A stretch of 64,000 nt of DNA from a virus (lineage: Duplodnaviria; Heunggongvirae; Uroviricota; Caudoviricetes). The translations under genes and the position numbers were made by a program. Positions 46,968-56,668 of this stretch are shown here, in pieces. The DNA is taken from the IMG/VR virus record IMGVR_UViG_3300009165_000005. The stretch is one strand, 5' to 3'. The notes beneath the pieces are model-generated. The model saw nothing but the letters and a program-made list of their open reading frames with translations. It ran no database searches and was not told where the DNA came from. The first letter of the stretch is position 1. Every line of letters begins with the position of its first letter.

Positions 46968-47438
46968 TTAAATGAGAGAGTCAGGATCCTCTGGGGTTTC
47001 ATCATCTTCACAGGCGGCTCTGATTCTCTCGTTCCGATCATGTCTGAAGTGGGCGTGTATTGATTCTATGATCCCTTCAGGAATCCCAGCATTCTTGAGC
47101 TCCTCCTCCCATCCAGGATAGGGTCGATCGCCACCGAGGTTATGCTTTTCCCCTATCCTAAAGTAGGGAGGTTTTGAGTAAACATTTCCATCCGGCGTCT
47201 CAAGGTAGGGCCACAATTCAACGGGGCTATCGGGGCAACAACCGCAGTTATGTCGGAGATCAAACTTGGTGACCTTCGAATTCACTGAAGCAGAGTAATA
47301 GGCAACCTTGTTCCACCTTCCTACGTGCTTTTCTAGATCTGCATAGGTGGAAACCAGTCTGGCTAGTCTCTCTGCTTCAGCAACCTTCTCGGCGGCTTCC
47401 TTATTGAGCTTGTTCAGCTCCTCTTGGATGCTGGACAT
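46968..47438 (-). CDS. hypothetical protein (156 aa)
   Basis: Intact ORF with CxxC pairs. Confidence 0.4.
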   Translation of the reverse strand: MSSIQEELNKLNKEAAEKVAEAERLARLVSTYADLEKHVGRWNKVAYYSASVNSKVTKFDLRHNCGCCPDSPVELWPYLETPDGNVYSKPPYFRIGEKHNLGGDRPYPGWEEELKNAGIPEGIIESIHAHFRHDRNERIRAACEDDETPEDPDSLI

Positions 47439-47908
47439 CAGGCAGCTACCTCAACGAGCTTGGGCATCGCCTCACCCTTGACCCAGTTGTTGATCTCGTC
47501 CATCCCAATCGGAGACGGGGCGTCCCCAAAGCATCTTTGCAGGATACGAGACATCCCGTAGATGCTGGGGTGGTTTTCTTTCTTGCAATTGGCTTCGACT
47601 GTCTTGTATGCTTTTCCCCTGAGCATGGTCCAGAGGAGTAGATACTCGCGTGTCGTGTAACCCAACTCCCTCTTTCTGGTCCAGAGGGTATTGCGCTTGG
47701 GACCAGTCTCGGGGCGACGGTAGGGCTTCAGAGAGCGATTCCCGTTAATCCTCCGACCATTCCCATCCTTGACCGAGCGAAGACGTTGAATCTCCGACTG
47801 CGATCCTTCTTTCCACTTGAGGCCTTGGATCTCCCGACTGATCCCCAAAGTGGCTTGGATACTCTTGACCAATTCAGTATGTAGCTTCTGCATCACGGTA
47901 TGCATCAC
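47438..47908 (-). CDS. hypothetical protein (156 aa)
   Basis: Intact ORF; stop/start overlap with the downstream gene. Confidence 0.4.
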   Translation of the reverse strand: MMHTVMQKLHTELVKSIQATLGISREIQGLKWKEGSQSEIQRLRSVKDGNGRRINGNRSLKPYRRPETGPKRNTLWTRKRELGYTTREYLLLWTMLRGKAYKTVEANCKKENHPSIYGMSRILQRCFGDAPSPIGMDEINNWVKGEAMPKLVEVAA

Positions 47909-47982
47909 ACAATCCTCCTGTTCGTTTCAAGTGGGTTGCAGAACGAACGAGAGGCGGTGGGCCGCGAGCCGGATGAACCTAC

Positions 47983-48489
47983 GTGTATTTGGACATTTGG
48001 GTATCGGAATGGGGTCTTTCGACCGACTCCCGCATGGTAAGCAGTAGTCATCCATCTGTCAATGGTGTAATTTCCCTGATGAGCCTATTTTTCAAACTTG
48101 AGGGAAAGGTCGCAATTCCAGTATCCAGTGATGCATACGCCCAATGGATCACGAAAGATCTAGCCCATGGGTCTCGAACAGTTCGATTGGATGTGCTTCG
48201 ATCTGGGGATGAGCTAGTCAGAGTCTCAACTGTTTTCCTTATGGGCATCAACCACTGCGGATTGAAAGGTAGCGATCCGCTACTTTTTGAGATCATGGTG
48301 TTTGGAGGTATAAGGGACCAAGACCAATGGCACTACTCCACGTGGGAACAAGCCGAGGCGGGCCACGAGGAAGTCCTCGAACAACTTCTTCGAGAGATGC
48401 CTCACCTGACCAGGGTAGTGGAGGAACCTGTTCGCACGACTCGTTATGCAAGGATCATCAAGAACTTATGTCAATCACTGAAAAACTAG
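47983..48489 (+). CDS. hypothetical protein (168 aa)
   Basis: Intact ORF. Confidence 0.4.
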   Translation: MYLDIWVSEWGLSTDSRMVSSSHPSVNGVISLMSLFFKLEGKVAIPVSSDAYAQWITKDLAHGSRTVRLDVLRSGDELVRVSTVFLMGINHCGLKGSDPLLFEIMVFGGIRDQDQWHYSTWEQAEAGHEEVLEQLLREMPHLTRVVEEPVRTTRYARIIKNLCQSLKN

Positions 48490-48842
48490 CGGGACTCTAT
48501 GAAGAGCACCTTCTTCAAGAGTTTCAGGCGGCTTGGTGCCTGCAGGACAAGCCGACTCGAAAGCACCGGTTGACCACCGTTATGGCCCTCTCTGTCGCAC
48601 TCGACGAGATCAAGAAAGTGGACATATTTTCCACAGCCTTTGGAGAGCAAGTCATTGAGGCGGTCATCCAAGGTGACTGGCGAGAAGTCGAGGAAGTGAC
48701 AAGCTACCTGACCTTCGACGTTGAACGCCAAGAGCTGCGAGACAAGTACAAACCTCTTTGGGAAAGATTCCGGACTTTAGCTTTGACAGCTTGCGCCGAA
48801 GAAAAGCGTAGAGTACCTGGACAACGAATGGAGGCACATTGA
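48468..48842 (+). CDS. hypothetical protein (start at MSITEKLAG)
   Basis: The ORF-track start at 48327 overlaps the previous gene by 160 nt. The ATG at 48468 gives a 22-nt overlap. Confidence 0.4.
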   Translation: MSITEKLAGLYEEHLLQEFQAAWCLQDKPTRKHRLTTVMALSVALDEIKKVDIFSTAFGEQVIEAVIQGDWREVEEVTSYLTFDVERQELRDKYKPLWERFRTLALTACAEEKRRVPGQRMEAH

Positions 48843-49357
48843 TCACCTACGTAAAGGGCGACGCTACTAGACCGCCACCAGGGGGATCCCGCATGATTAT
48901 GCACATTGTCAACACAGCCGGAGGTTGGGGGGCTGGCTTCGTGGTCGCGATATCCAAACGTTGGCCCGAGCCTGAGAGCCAATATCGGAAGTGGTACCGA
49001 GCCAAAACTCACCCACAATTCGGGGACTTTGCACTCGGCAACGTCGGGTGGGCTTTGGTCGAACCTGAACTCTGGATTGCCAACATGATTGCTCAGACCG
49101 GATACGGGAAGTCCGGGAGAGATCAGCACAAGACTGATGAGGCGGAGCTACCCCCTATTCGGTATGATGCACTTCGAACATGCCTGACAAAGGTAGCCCA
49201 AAGCGCTCTCCCCAAGAAGGCCACCATCCATGCTCCTAGGATTGGATGTGCTCTTTCAGGCGGATCCTGGAGTAGAGTTGAGCCTTTGATCCAAGAAACA
49301 ATGCCTGACCTTCAGGTCTTCATTTACGACTTCCCAGGCGGTACCTTTAATCCCTGA
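48839..49357 (+). CDS. macro-domain protein (ADP-ribose binding/processing)
   Basis: IMHIVNTAGGWGAGFVVAISKRWPE matches the macro-domain core HxVNxxGxxGAGxAxAxxK. Confidence 0.7.
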   Translation: MITYVKGDATRPPPGGSRMIMHIVNTAGGWGAGFVVAISKRWPEPESQYRKWYRAKTHPQFGDFALGNVGWALVEPELWIANMIAQTGYGKSGRDQHKTDEAELPPIRYDALRTCLTKVAQSALPKKATIHAPRIGCALSGGSWSRVEPLIQETMPDLQVFIYDFPGGTFNP

Positions 49358-49406
49358 ATATGCTGACTCGGTACCAGCGGATAATGAGGATGAGGATGAG
49401 GATGAT

Positions 49407-49973
49407 ATGATAACTATTACGAGTGAACTCCTTGTAGGTTGGGAGGTTCCCAACCTTATCTCCGACGAACTACTTCCGATGGGAGTGATGGGAGTGTTTG
49501 ATGCTCCGATTTCTTCTGTGAACAAGGTTCAAATTCTCCTACGTGAAGAGGTTCTTGATAGGAGGGGGCTAGTATATGTAGTGGCGAGGGCGGTACGCCG
49601 AGCCTGTACGAAGACAAAATGGTCCAACCCTGATAGCCTTCGAGCGTTAGGCCTGTGTGATCGGTACGCTGCTGGAGAAGAGATCCCGAAGGAATATCTA
49701 GAGAAGGCGGCTGAGGCTGCTTCTCTAGCAGCCGTTGAAGTTGTTAGGCGGAATGCTAGGGCGGCTTCTAATGATACTGCTTGGGCTGCTTCTAGGGCTG
49801 CTGATGTTATGACTACTTTGGCTAATGCTAATGTTGCTGCTAGAGACGCTGTTAATTGGGCTGCTAGAGCTATTGCTCCTAGTGCGGAGGATGAGCGAAA
49901 ATCCCAACTCACTGATTGCCGCGAGTGGCTTCTGAGGGTGAACTCACAAGTAGTTTCCCGTACCAACGAATAA
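49407..49973 (+). CDS. tandem paralog array, copy 1 (Ala-rich)
   Basis: N-terminal ITSELLVGWEVPNLISDELLPMGVMGVFDAPISS, an AARAA-rich core, and EERxxQLTDCREWLL near the C-terminus. Confidence 0.5.
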   Translation: MITITSELLVGWEVPNLISDELLPMGVMGVFDAPISSVNKVQILLREEVLDRRGLVYVVARAVRRACTKTKWSNPDSLRALGLCDRYAAGEEIPKEYLEKAAEAASLAAVEVVRRNARAASNDTAWAASRAADVMTTLANANVAARDAVNWAARAIAPSAEDERKSQLTDCREWLLRVNSQVVSRTNE

Positions 49974-49983
49974 TGAGGGTGGT

Positions 49984-50580
49984 ATGATTATTACGAGTGA
50001 ACTCCTTGTAGGTTGGGAGATTCCCAACCTTATCCCAGACGAACTACTTCCGATGCGGTTGATGGATGTGTTCGGAGCATCGATCCCCTCTAAGAACAAG
50101 GTTCGGCTTCTCCTACATGAGGAGGTTCTTGGGCGAAGGGGAATGGTCTATGTAGCGGCTCGGGCTGCTCGCCGAGCCTGTACAGTGACAGAGTGAGACC
50201 ACCCTGATAGCCTTCGAGCGTTAGATCTATGCGACCGATACGTTGAGGGGGAAGATATCCCAGAAAAAGAGTTATGGCGGTCTTCTAATGCGGCTGATGT
50301 GGCAGCTAGGGCTGCTTCTAATGCTTCTGTAGCGGCGAAGGCTATCTCTAGGACTGCTGCTCGAGCTGCTTGGGTTGCTAATGTTGCAGCTAATGCCGCT
50401 AGAGCTGCCCCTGATACTTGGGCTGCTACTTGGGTTTGGGCTTGGGCTACTACTGATGGGGTTAGTGAGGAGGAGAGAAGAGCTCAACTTACTGATTGTC
50501 GAGATTGGCTTCTAAGGAATTCTCCACAAGAAAGAGCTCCCGTGCCAACTCGGTACCAGCGAATAATGAGGTCCTTGTGA
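49984..50580 (+). pseudogene. tandem paralog array, copy 2, interrupted by an in-frame TGA (50194-50196) where copy 1 has TGG
   Basis: Same frame continues after the TGA (ORF 50299-50580). The sequence aligns to copy 1 throughout. Confidence 0.5.
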
Positions 50581-51131
50581 TCCCCATTACGAAAGAACTC
50601 CTTGAGAAGTGGGGTTTTTTCGGCCTTATCCCAGACGAACAACTTCCGATGGGAGTGATGGGAGTGTTTAATGCTTCGATTTCTTCTAGGGACAAGGTAG
50701 AGCTTCTTCTACATAAGGAGATTCTTGGGCAGAGGGGGCTAGTATATGTAGCGGCGAAGGCGGCGCGCCGGGCCTGTACGAAGACAGAATTGTCTCATTC
50801 TGATAGCCTTCGAGCTCTAGATTTATGTGATCGATACGTTGAAGGGGAAGCAGTTTCAGAAGAAGAGCTAGCGAGAGCTGTTAATGCTGCTAACGAAGCT
50901 GCTAGAGCTATTGCTGAGGCTGCTTCTACTTGGGCTGCTTTTGACGCTTCTGTTTCTGATGATACTAGAGATGTTTGGGCAGCTCGAGCTGCTGTTTTTG
51001 CTGCTGGAGCTGCTTTGGGTACTTGGACTGTTTCTGATGCTTGGGATGCTACTACTTGGGCTTGGGATACTACTGGTGGGGTTAGTGATGAAGAAAGAAA
51101 CTCCCAACTTATTGTCGAGATTGGCTTCTAA
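50577..51131 (+). CDS. tandem paralog array, copy 3 (GTG start overlapping the copy-2 stop as GTGA; 4-nt deletion frameshifts the C-terminus)
   Basis: VIPITKELLEKWGFFGLIPDEQLPMGVMGVFNASISS aligns to copies 1 and 2. Repeat-unit junction motif taccagcg(a/g)ataatgagg recurs at each boundary. A decayed fourth unit starts near 51180. Confidence 0.45.
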   Translation: MIPITKELLEKWGFFGLIPDEQLPMGVMGVFNASISSRDKVELLLHKEILGQRGLVYVAAKAARRACTKTELSHSDSLRALDLCDRYVEGEAVSEEELARAVNAANEAARAIAEAASTWAAFDASVSDDTRDVWAARAAVFAAGAALGTWTVSDAWDATTWAWDTTGGVSDEERNSQLIVEIGF

Positions 51132-51424
51132 GGAGTTCTCCACAAGAAAGGGCTCCCGTACCAACTCGATACCAGCGGATAATGAGGTCCTTGTGCTCTC
51201 AGGAGTGAACTTCTAGTAGAAGGCCAAACCTAGAAACTTAGCCTTGTCCAGGTGGTCAGCTCGTCGATGGTCCCCTGTTTTCACTTGGAAGTTTCTTGGT
51301 CTTGTCATCTTGAGTACACGTCTGAATAATCCTTCAGTAATTGGCTATCGGTGTAGGACTGAAGTGGGACTATTCCGGCCCCACTTCCCCTTAAGTGACA
51401 AGTCAACGAAACTACTCAACAAAA

Positions 51425-51712
51425 ATGACTGATTACGAAGATCTAACTCTCATTTGTCGCGACTGCAATAAGCCATTCATTCTGTCCGCCAAGGACCAAG
51501 CCTTCTTCGCCAGCATGACTGACGATCAGGGTCGTCCTTTCAAAAATCCAGTCCGCTGTAAGCCTTGCCGAGACCTCAAGAAGGCCCAGAGAATGGGTGG
51601 TACATTTCCGGCCCCTCAAGCTCCACAGCCCAACCAAGAGGAAGAGTCTCATGGTGGCGGAGGTAAGAAGCGGACTGGAAGTCGTCGACGAGACCGGGAT
51701 GGGGAGTGGTGA
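51425..51712 (+). CDS. zinc-ribbon protein (CxxC...CxxC)
   Basis: ICRDCNKPF...VRCKPCRD. Start placed at MTDYEDL. Confidence 0.4.
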   Translation: MTDYEDLTLICRDCNKPFILSAKDQAFFASMTDDQGRPFKNPVRCKPCRDLKKAQRMGGTFPAPQAPQPNQEEESHGGGGKKRTGSRRRDRDGEW

Positions 51713-51746
51713 TATTCTTTTTTCGAGTCGGCAAGCATGATGGACC

Positions 51747-51968
51747 TTGGGTCCATCATGTGGTACTCAACCAGTCGAAGCTATGAACGCCGAAGTATCA
51801 TCCAACACCGTGATTTGGGATCCCACCAACGCCCTAGTGAACATCTACGGATGCACTCCGTGCCCTTGGTGTGGTGGAGAACATCGAGCGAGTTACAGGA
51901 AAACCAACAGTATTGACTGTGATGACTGTGGATTTACAGTACCTGCTGACTTTTCGGATAGTGATTAA
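51747..51968 (+). CDS. zinc-ribbon protein
   Basis: CTPCPWCGG...CDDCG. Confidence 0.4.
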   Translation: MGPSCGTQPVEAMNAEVSSNTVIWDPTNALVNIYGCTPCPWCGGEHRASYRKTNSIDCDDCGFTVPADFSDSD

Positions 51969-52178
51969 GGGAACGGCCCTCGAAACCCCTTTAGACTAGG
52001 GTCGAGGGCCTATATACCCAGGTCACCAGACGATAGTCTAAGTACGCCCAGTAACTTTAGTCGCTATTAGCATCGACCGTTGGTTCTGTCAATCTATTTC
52101 AGAGCAATGTCCGTCTTGACCTCGAAGACACTTTCATCTTGAGCATGAGGTTTTGTCCGCGATCGATGAAGGCGAAGG

Positions 52179-52604
52179 TTGCTCCTAGGCACTTTGAGGA
52201 TGGACACACTTTTTGCAGTCACCGGGCTTCTCCACAAGAATGGGTTGCTCCTCGCCGTATCCCGCAAGTACAACCCAGAGGACTTTGGGCTCCCTGGTGG
52301 GAAAGTTGATCCAGGAGAGACTCCAGAACAGGCCCTTATCCGAGAGGTCTGGGAGGAGACGGGCCTTGAGGTCTTGTCTTACGAGGCCATCTTCGAAGAC
52401 AAAGATCGAGTTGAGAATGGGGAAATCCGTCCGTGTCGAACCTACCGAGTTCTCGAGTGGAGAGGGGAACTGAAGACGAAGGAGACGGGCGTTGTGAAGT
52501 GGGTTAAGCCTTCGGTGATTACGGATCCATCTACTTCATTCCACGAGTACAACTCTAAGCTAATTGCGTACTTAGAATTGTCTGGAAACCTTCAGTTGGC
52601 TTGA
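52179..52604 (+). CDS. Nudix hydrolase
   Basis: Nudix box [26 protein letters not shown] (GX5EX7REUXEEXGU). Confidence 0.8.
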   Translation: MLLGTLRMDTLFAVTGLLHKNGLLLAVSRKYNPEDFGLPGGKVDPGETPEQALIREVWEETGLEVLSYEAIFEDKDRVENGEIRPCRTYRVLEWRGELKTKETGVVKWVKPSVITDPSTSFHEYNSKLIAYLELSGNLQLA

Positions 52605-52875
52605 GGCTGTCGAAGTTTAGGGGTGATGGGATCGTATCCGAGTGGAAGGTTCCAATGAACCTTCCAGCTTCATCAGGCTTGGCTTCTCGAAGTTTGAACT
52701 CTGCTTTGAGTTCATCGCAGATTCGAAATACTCGGAATACTCGAGTACAGGGGTGAGCTACATGTAACGAGTCGTCTTGCACGTATACGAGGCCTTTGTC
52801 CAAATCAACGTAGGTCATCCAGAAGAGATAACCTTCGGGATCCTCGAGTACCATCCCGGGCTGCAAGTTCGTCAT
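52555..52875 (-). CDS. hypothetical protein (106 aa)
   Basis: Intact ORF. Confidence 0.35.
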   Translation of the reverse strand: MTNLQPGMVLEDPEGYLFWMTYVDLDKGLVYVQDDSLHVAHPCTRVFRVFRICDELKAEFKLREAKPDEAGRFIGTFHSDTIPSPLNFDSLKPTEGFQTILSTQLA

Positions 52876-52937
52876 AGGGTTACACGTCGTTCAACAATTT
52901 TTCCTGAGAGTTGTTGTGGTCGGTGTAATAGCCGTAA

Positions 52938-53573
52938 ATGTCGGACTTTCTAGAGTGGTATAATCTGATCTTCTACATTCCAATGGCGATAGGGTTGTTG
53001 GCAACCCTTGGCCTTGGAATTTCTGGGGTCGACCATGATGTCGGGCTTCATGCGGATGTCGATGGGGACTTCAGTGGAGATCACGACGCTAATGGGGATC
53101 ACGATGGAGAAGGAGATTGGATCTTGGGGTTCCTCGGAATCGGTCGAGTACCTATTGCTATCACCTTCATGTCTCTGTTCCTTATCTTCGCTGGGGTCGG
53201 GATCTGCATGAACATCCTCCTAGGCGGGCTCATAAAGCAGTGGTCAGGGTTTGCTTTAGCCTCCGTGGCAGTGGCTTTCATCGCCACTTTCTTTGGGACA
53301 GCCTTCGTGAGTCGTCTAGTTGGTAGGGTGATGCCAACCACTGAGACAGATTCCGTAAAGAAGATTGATCTCATTGGGTGTACTGGAGTGGCTACTCTTC
53401 CTTGTGATTCGAGTGGTGGCCTAGCTCAGATCAAGAATCCTAAGGGTGATCTCTATCAGATCCAGTGCAAGTCCGAGAAGCCTATCCTCAAGGGTTCCAA
53501 GATCATGGCCATTGAGTACGAAGAGACTTCCGATACGTTCACCGTAGTTGTCGATCCCACATTTGGTGGGTGA
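52938..53573 (+). CDS. NfeD-like membrane protein (partner of SPFH/flotillin)
   Basis: His/Asp-rich N-terminal segment DHDVGLHADVDGDFSGDHDANGDHDGEGD. Two TM helices. C-terminal OB-like beta domain CDSSGGLAQIKNPKGDLYQIQCKSEKPILKGSKIMAIEY. Sits immediately upstream of flotillin. Confidence 0.65.
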   Translation: MSDFLEWYNLIFYIPMAIGLLATLGLGISGVDHDVGLHADVDGDFSGDHDANGDHDGEGDWILGFLGIGRVPIAITFMSLFLIFAGVGICMNILLGGLIKQWSGFALASVAVAFIATFFGTAFVSRLVGRVMPTTETDSVKKIDLIGCTGVATLPCDSSGGLAQIKNPKGDLYQIQCKSEKPILKGSKIMAIEYEETSDTFTVVVDPTFGG

Positions 53574-53591
53574 CTTTGAGACACCCACCAA

Positions 53592-55559
53592 ATGTGGGAG
53601 AAAGATGTAAATCAGATGGGTATTGGTCTATTTTTCCTGTTACTATTTGGTATCCTCTTGATTGGGTCCCCAATCGGAGTGAACACCTTCACACACCACC
53701 ACTTGCCTGGATCTTCGTCTGTGATTATGACCCTGAGCGGGGTCCTCCTGGTCCTTTTGTGTGTGGTCCTCCTAACCATTACGAAACTTTATGTGAAGAC
53801 GAAAGCTAGCGAGGCTTTCGTCAAGACCGGTATGGGCGGCCTCAAAGTCATTCGTGATGGTGGAGCCATCATCCTCCCCTTCATTCATCAAACAGTACGG
53901 GTGTCTCTCGAAACCATCAAGTTGGATGTTGCACGCATTGGACTTGAAGCGCTCATCACCAGTGACAAGTTACGGGCAGACATTAAGGCTGAATTCTTCG
54001 TTCGAGTCCAAGCTGAGGATGAGGACATCAAAGCTGCTGCTCGATCTCTTGGTGACAAGATGAGCGAAGGCAGTGTGAACCTCCAGCAACGAGGTTTTGA
54101 CCGAGATGGGGGTGTCTACAGGTCTAGTGTAGCTGCCCTTATCGAGGACAAGCTCGTGTCCGCTCTTCGTACTAGTGCAGCTAAGAAGACCCTCGAACAA
54201 CTCAATAGTGACAGAGATGACTTCCTCAAAGAGGTTATGCAAGGGGTTACGGCTGACTTGAAGCACAATGGGTTCCTCCTCGAAACAGTGACCATCTCCA
54301 AGTTGGATCAGACCGACGTCACCAACCTGAAGCAAGACAACATTTTTGATGCTCAAGGGATGAGGACTATTGCGGAGATCACTCAGAAGAACCTGACCGA
54401 GAAGAATGCCATCGTCCGCATGGGTGAGCAAGCCCGTAAGGACCAGGACGTTCAGACTCGAACCCAAGTTCTCGAGTTGGAGCGAAGGCAATCTGAGGCT
54501 GAAGCTACTCAGGCGGCTCAGGTAGCCTCGATTCGGGCAGAGCAGGAACGAATCGGTAAGGAGAGCCAAGTTGAAGCTCAACGTAAGGTTGATGTAGCCA
54601 CCACCGAGAACGCCAAGCTCACTATTCTAGCCACAGTGGCTCAGGAGCAGGCTACTGAAATCGCCCGGCGTGAGCAACAGAAGGCCATTGTCGAAGCTGA
54701 ACAAAAGGTCGAGGTTGCCAAACGATCCCAGCAGAAGGCTATTGCAGCCTCGGAAGCCGAAAAGGCAAAGGCTGAGGCCTTGCTGGCTGAGGCTGAGGCT
54801 GAGCGTCAGAAGGCTCGCCAAAACATCCAAACCGTGGAGGCTGTTGCAGCGGCCGAACGTGATAAGGAGAAGGCTGTTATTGCAGCTAAGGGCGATGCCG
54901 AGAAGAACTTCGTATACGCCCAAAGAATGGCTGATGCTGAGGCCTACAAGACCATGAAGGATGCTGAGGCTCGTAAGGCAGCGGCTGATGCTGAAGCTGA
55001 AGCTGTTACCAAGAGAGCCACTGCAGCTTCGAGAGCTGCTCAACTCGAGGCTGAGGGTCAGAAGGCTAAGCTCCTTGCTGATGCTGAAGGTCAGAGAGCC
55101 AAGCTCCTTGCTGATGCTGAAGGCCAAAAGGCTGTGGCTATGGTTCCGATCGAGGTCAAGGCTCGTGAGGTAGAGATCGAAAAGCAACGAGTTGAAGAAG
55201 TACTCAAGCCCGAACTCGAAGCTCGGTCTGCCAATGGTGAAGCAGCTCAAAACTTCGAATTGGCTAAACTTCGAATCGAACAAGAGGCTCACGTTCGAAT
55301 CGAATCGGCTCGAGCCACTGCTCAATTCTATGGGAAGATCCAAGCCAATGTCTACGGGACTCCGGAGGATGTGGCTAAGATGGGAGCCCACTTCAATGCT
55401 GGTATGGGACTCAGTCAAGCCTTCGGTGGATTCCTCGCCGGAGCAGACGCTTCAACGGTCGATACGATTCAGAAGACCATTGGAGCCGTCAACAATCTGG
55501 CAGATGCCGCTGCATCCAAGTTGAAGGGGAAATCCCTCGAGAGTACCTCAAACGCCTAA
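53592..55559 (+). CDS. flotillin/SPFH (band-7) family protein with long coiled coil
   Basis: N-terminal TM plus SPFH-like domain. Then ~300 aa of Ala/Glu/Lys/Gln-rich heptads (AEAEAVTKRATAASRAAQLEAEGQKAKLLADAEGQRAK...). Confidence 0.7.
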   Translation: MWEKDVNQMGIGLFFLLLFGILLIGSPIGVNTFTHHHLPGSSSVIMTLSGVLLVLLCVVLLTITKLYVKTKASEAFVKTGMGGLKVIRDGGAIILPFIHQTVRVSLETIKLDVARIGLEALITSDKLRADIKAEFFVRVQAEDEDIKAAARSLGDKMSEGSVNLQQRGFDRDGGVYRSSVAALIEDKLVSALRTSAAKKTLEQLNSDRDDFLKEVMQGVTADLKHNGFLLETVTISKLDQTDVTNLKQDNIFDAQGMRTIAEITQKNLTEKNAIVRMGEQARKDQDVQTRTQVLELERRQSEAEATQAAQVASIRAEQERIGKESQVEAQRKVDVATTENAKLTILATVAQEQATEIARREQQKAIVEAEQKVEVAKRSQQKAIAASEAEKAKAEALLAEAEAERQKARQNIQTVEAVAAAERDKEKAVIAAKGDAEKNFVYAQRMADAEAYKTMKDAEARKAAADAEAEAVTKRATAASRAAQLEAEGQKAKLLADAEGQRAKLLADAEGQKAVAMVPIEVKAREVEIEKQRVEEVLKPELEARSANGEAAQNFELAKLRIEQEAHVRIESARATAQFYGKIQANVYGTPEDVAKMGAHFNAGMGLSQAFGGFLAGADASTVDTIQKTIGAVNNLADAAASKLKGKSLESTSNA

Positions 55560-55591
55560 CCCTTGAGAAGTTGTTGGGGTCGGTGTAACAC

Positions 55592-55864
55592 TTGCAAATG
55601 TCAGACTTAGCGTGGTTCCTTGGGGTCGGTCGAGTACCTTATGCCAGCGTCTTCATGTCGTTTTTTCTGATCTTCGTCGGAACTGCGATCTGCATGGACA
55701 TTTTCTTCTGGGGTATGCCAAAGCAAGGGTTTAGGGTTACTCTGATCTCCTTGGTGGTGGCTTTCAGCACCGCTTTCTTTGGGACAGCCATCGTGAGTCG
55801 CCTAATTGGTGAAATCATGCAAACTATGGAGCCAGCTCCAGTAAAGAACAATCCTATTCAGTAG
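55592..55864 (+). CDS. NfeD-like fragment (TM core only; partial duplicate of 52938-53573)
   Basis: LAWFLGVGRVPYASVFMSFFLIFVGTAICM aligns to NfeD residues ~62-140 but lacks the His/Asp-rich N-terminus and the OB domain. Its upstream leader is duplicated too (55565-55610 vs 52895-52940). Confidence 0.45.
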   Translation: MQMSDLAWFLGVGRVPYASVFMSFFLIFVGTAICMDIFFWGMPKQGFRVTLISLVVAFSTAFFGTAIVSRLIGEIMQTMEPAPVKNNPIQ

Positions 55865-55974
55865 CGAAGTTATGTGCTGTCAACAGTCTGGCTGATGCCG
55901 CCGCATCCAAGTTTCACAGAACGGCTTCCCCTGAAAACACCTCGAGCACCTAACCTGCGGTAATCATTAGGTGA

Positions 55975-56010
55975 AAAGGGCTTGGTGAAAACCAAGCCCT
56001 TTTCGCATTT
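55975..56010 (+). terminator. intrinsic terminator after the flotillin operon
   Basis: 12-bp stem AAAGGGCTTGGT/ACCAAGCCCTTT with a GAAA loop followed by TCGCATTTG. Confidence 0.5.
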
Positions 56011-56020
56011 GAGGTGCCCT

Positions 56021-56668
56021 ATGCGGTGGTACACTCCTCGTGTGGATACCATTATTTACCTAAAGTCCCGATGGAAGATCACTCTAAATAGAGCTGAGGC
56101 TCTAGGAACTAGTCCTTCCCTGATCGATTCAATCTTATACGCCTACGGAGAGAAGGAAAGGCACTACCACACAAGAGAGCATCTTCGACACATGTTCGAA
56201 GTCTATGACCGGTATTTTCTCAAACCAAATCCAATTCATGAGTTGACCTTCTGGTACCACGATTTCTTTTACGACCCAACCCGATCAGACAACGAGGATA
56301 GGAGTGGCGCGCTTGCGAAGAAGGTGATTGATCTCACTCTCCAAGTTCCGTCTGGGGCAGGATCCCAGGTACGGGATTTGATTCTCTTCAGTCACTACAC
56401 AAGGCCCCCAGTGACGCGAGATGAGATGGTCATGCACGACGTTGATCTAGCCATCTTCGGGGAGAGTTCCGACCTATTCAACAAGTACGAGAAAGACATT
56501 CGCCAAGAGTATGCCTTCGTACCTGAAGCAGACTACCGCAAGGGGCGAGCCGGAATCCTGAAGAACTTCCTTCGGGATCCATTCTACTTTACTCCTGAGT
56601 TGTGCTACAGCTCCTACGAGGAACTAGCCGAAAGGAACATTCGTAGGTCAATCGACTTGCTAAAATAA
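56021..56668 (+). CDS. HD-domain phosphohydrolase (putative)
   Basis: H...H (ERHYHTREHLRH), HD (TFWYHDFFYD) and D (MHDVDLAIFG) motifs. Start placed at MRWYTP because the ORF-track start lies inside the terminator hairpin. Confidence 0.45.
   Translation: MRWYTPRVDTIIYLKSRWKITLNRAEALGTSPSLIDSILYAYGEKERHYHTREHLRHMFEVYDRYFLKPNPIHELTFWYHDFFYDPTRSDNEDRSGALAKKVIDLTLQVPSGAGSQVRDLILFSHYTRPPVTRDEMVMHDVDLAIFGESSDLFNKYEKDIRQEYAFVPEADYRKGRAGILKNFLRDPFYFTPELCYSSYEELAERNIRRSIDLLK

Noticed and set aside
49529-51164. Minus-strand ORFs 49529-49966, 49725-49907, 50272-50487, 50489-50695, 50868-51164 and plus-strand 50884-51216
   Set aside because: Shadow frames of the GC- and Ala-rich tandem paralog array, with low-complexity S/P/L-rich products.
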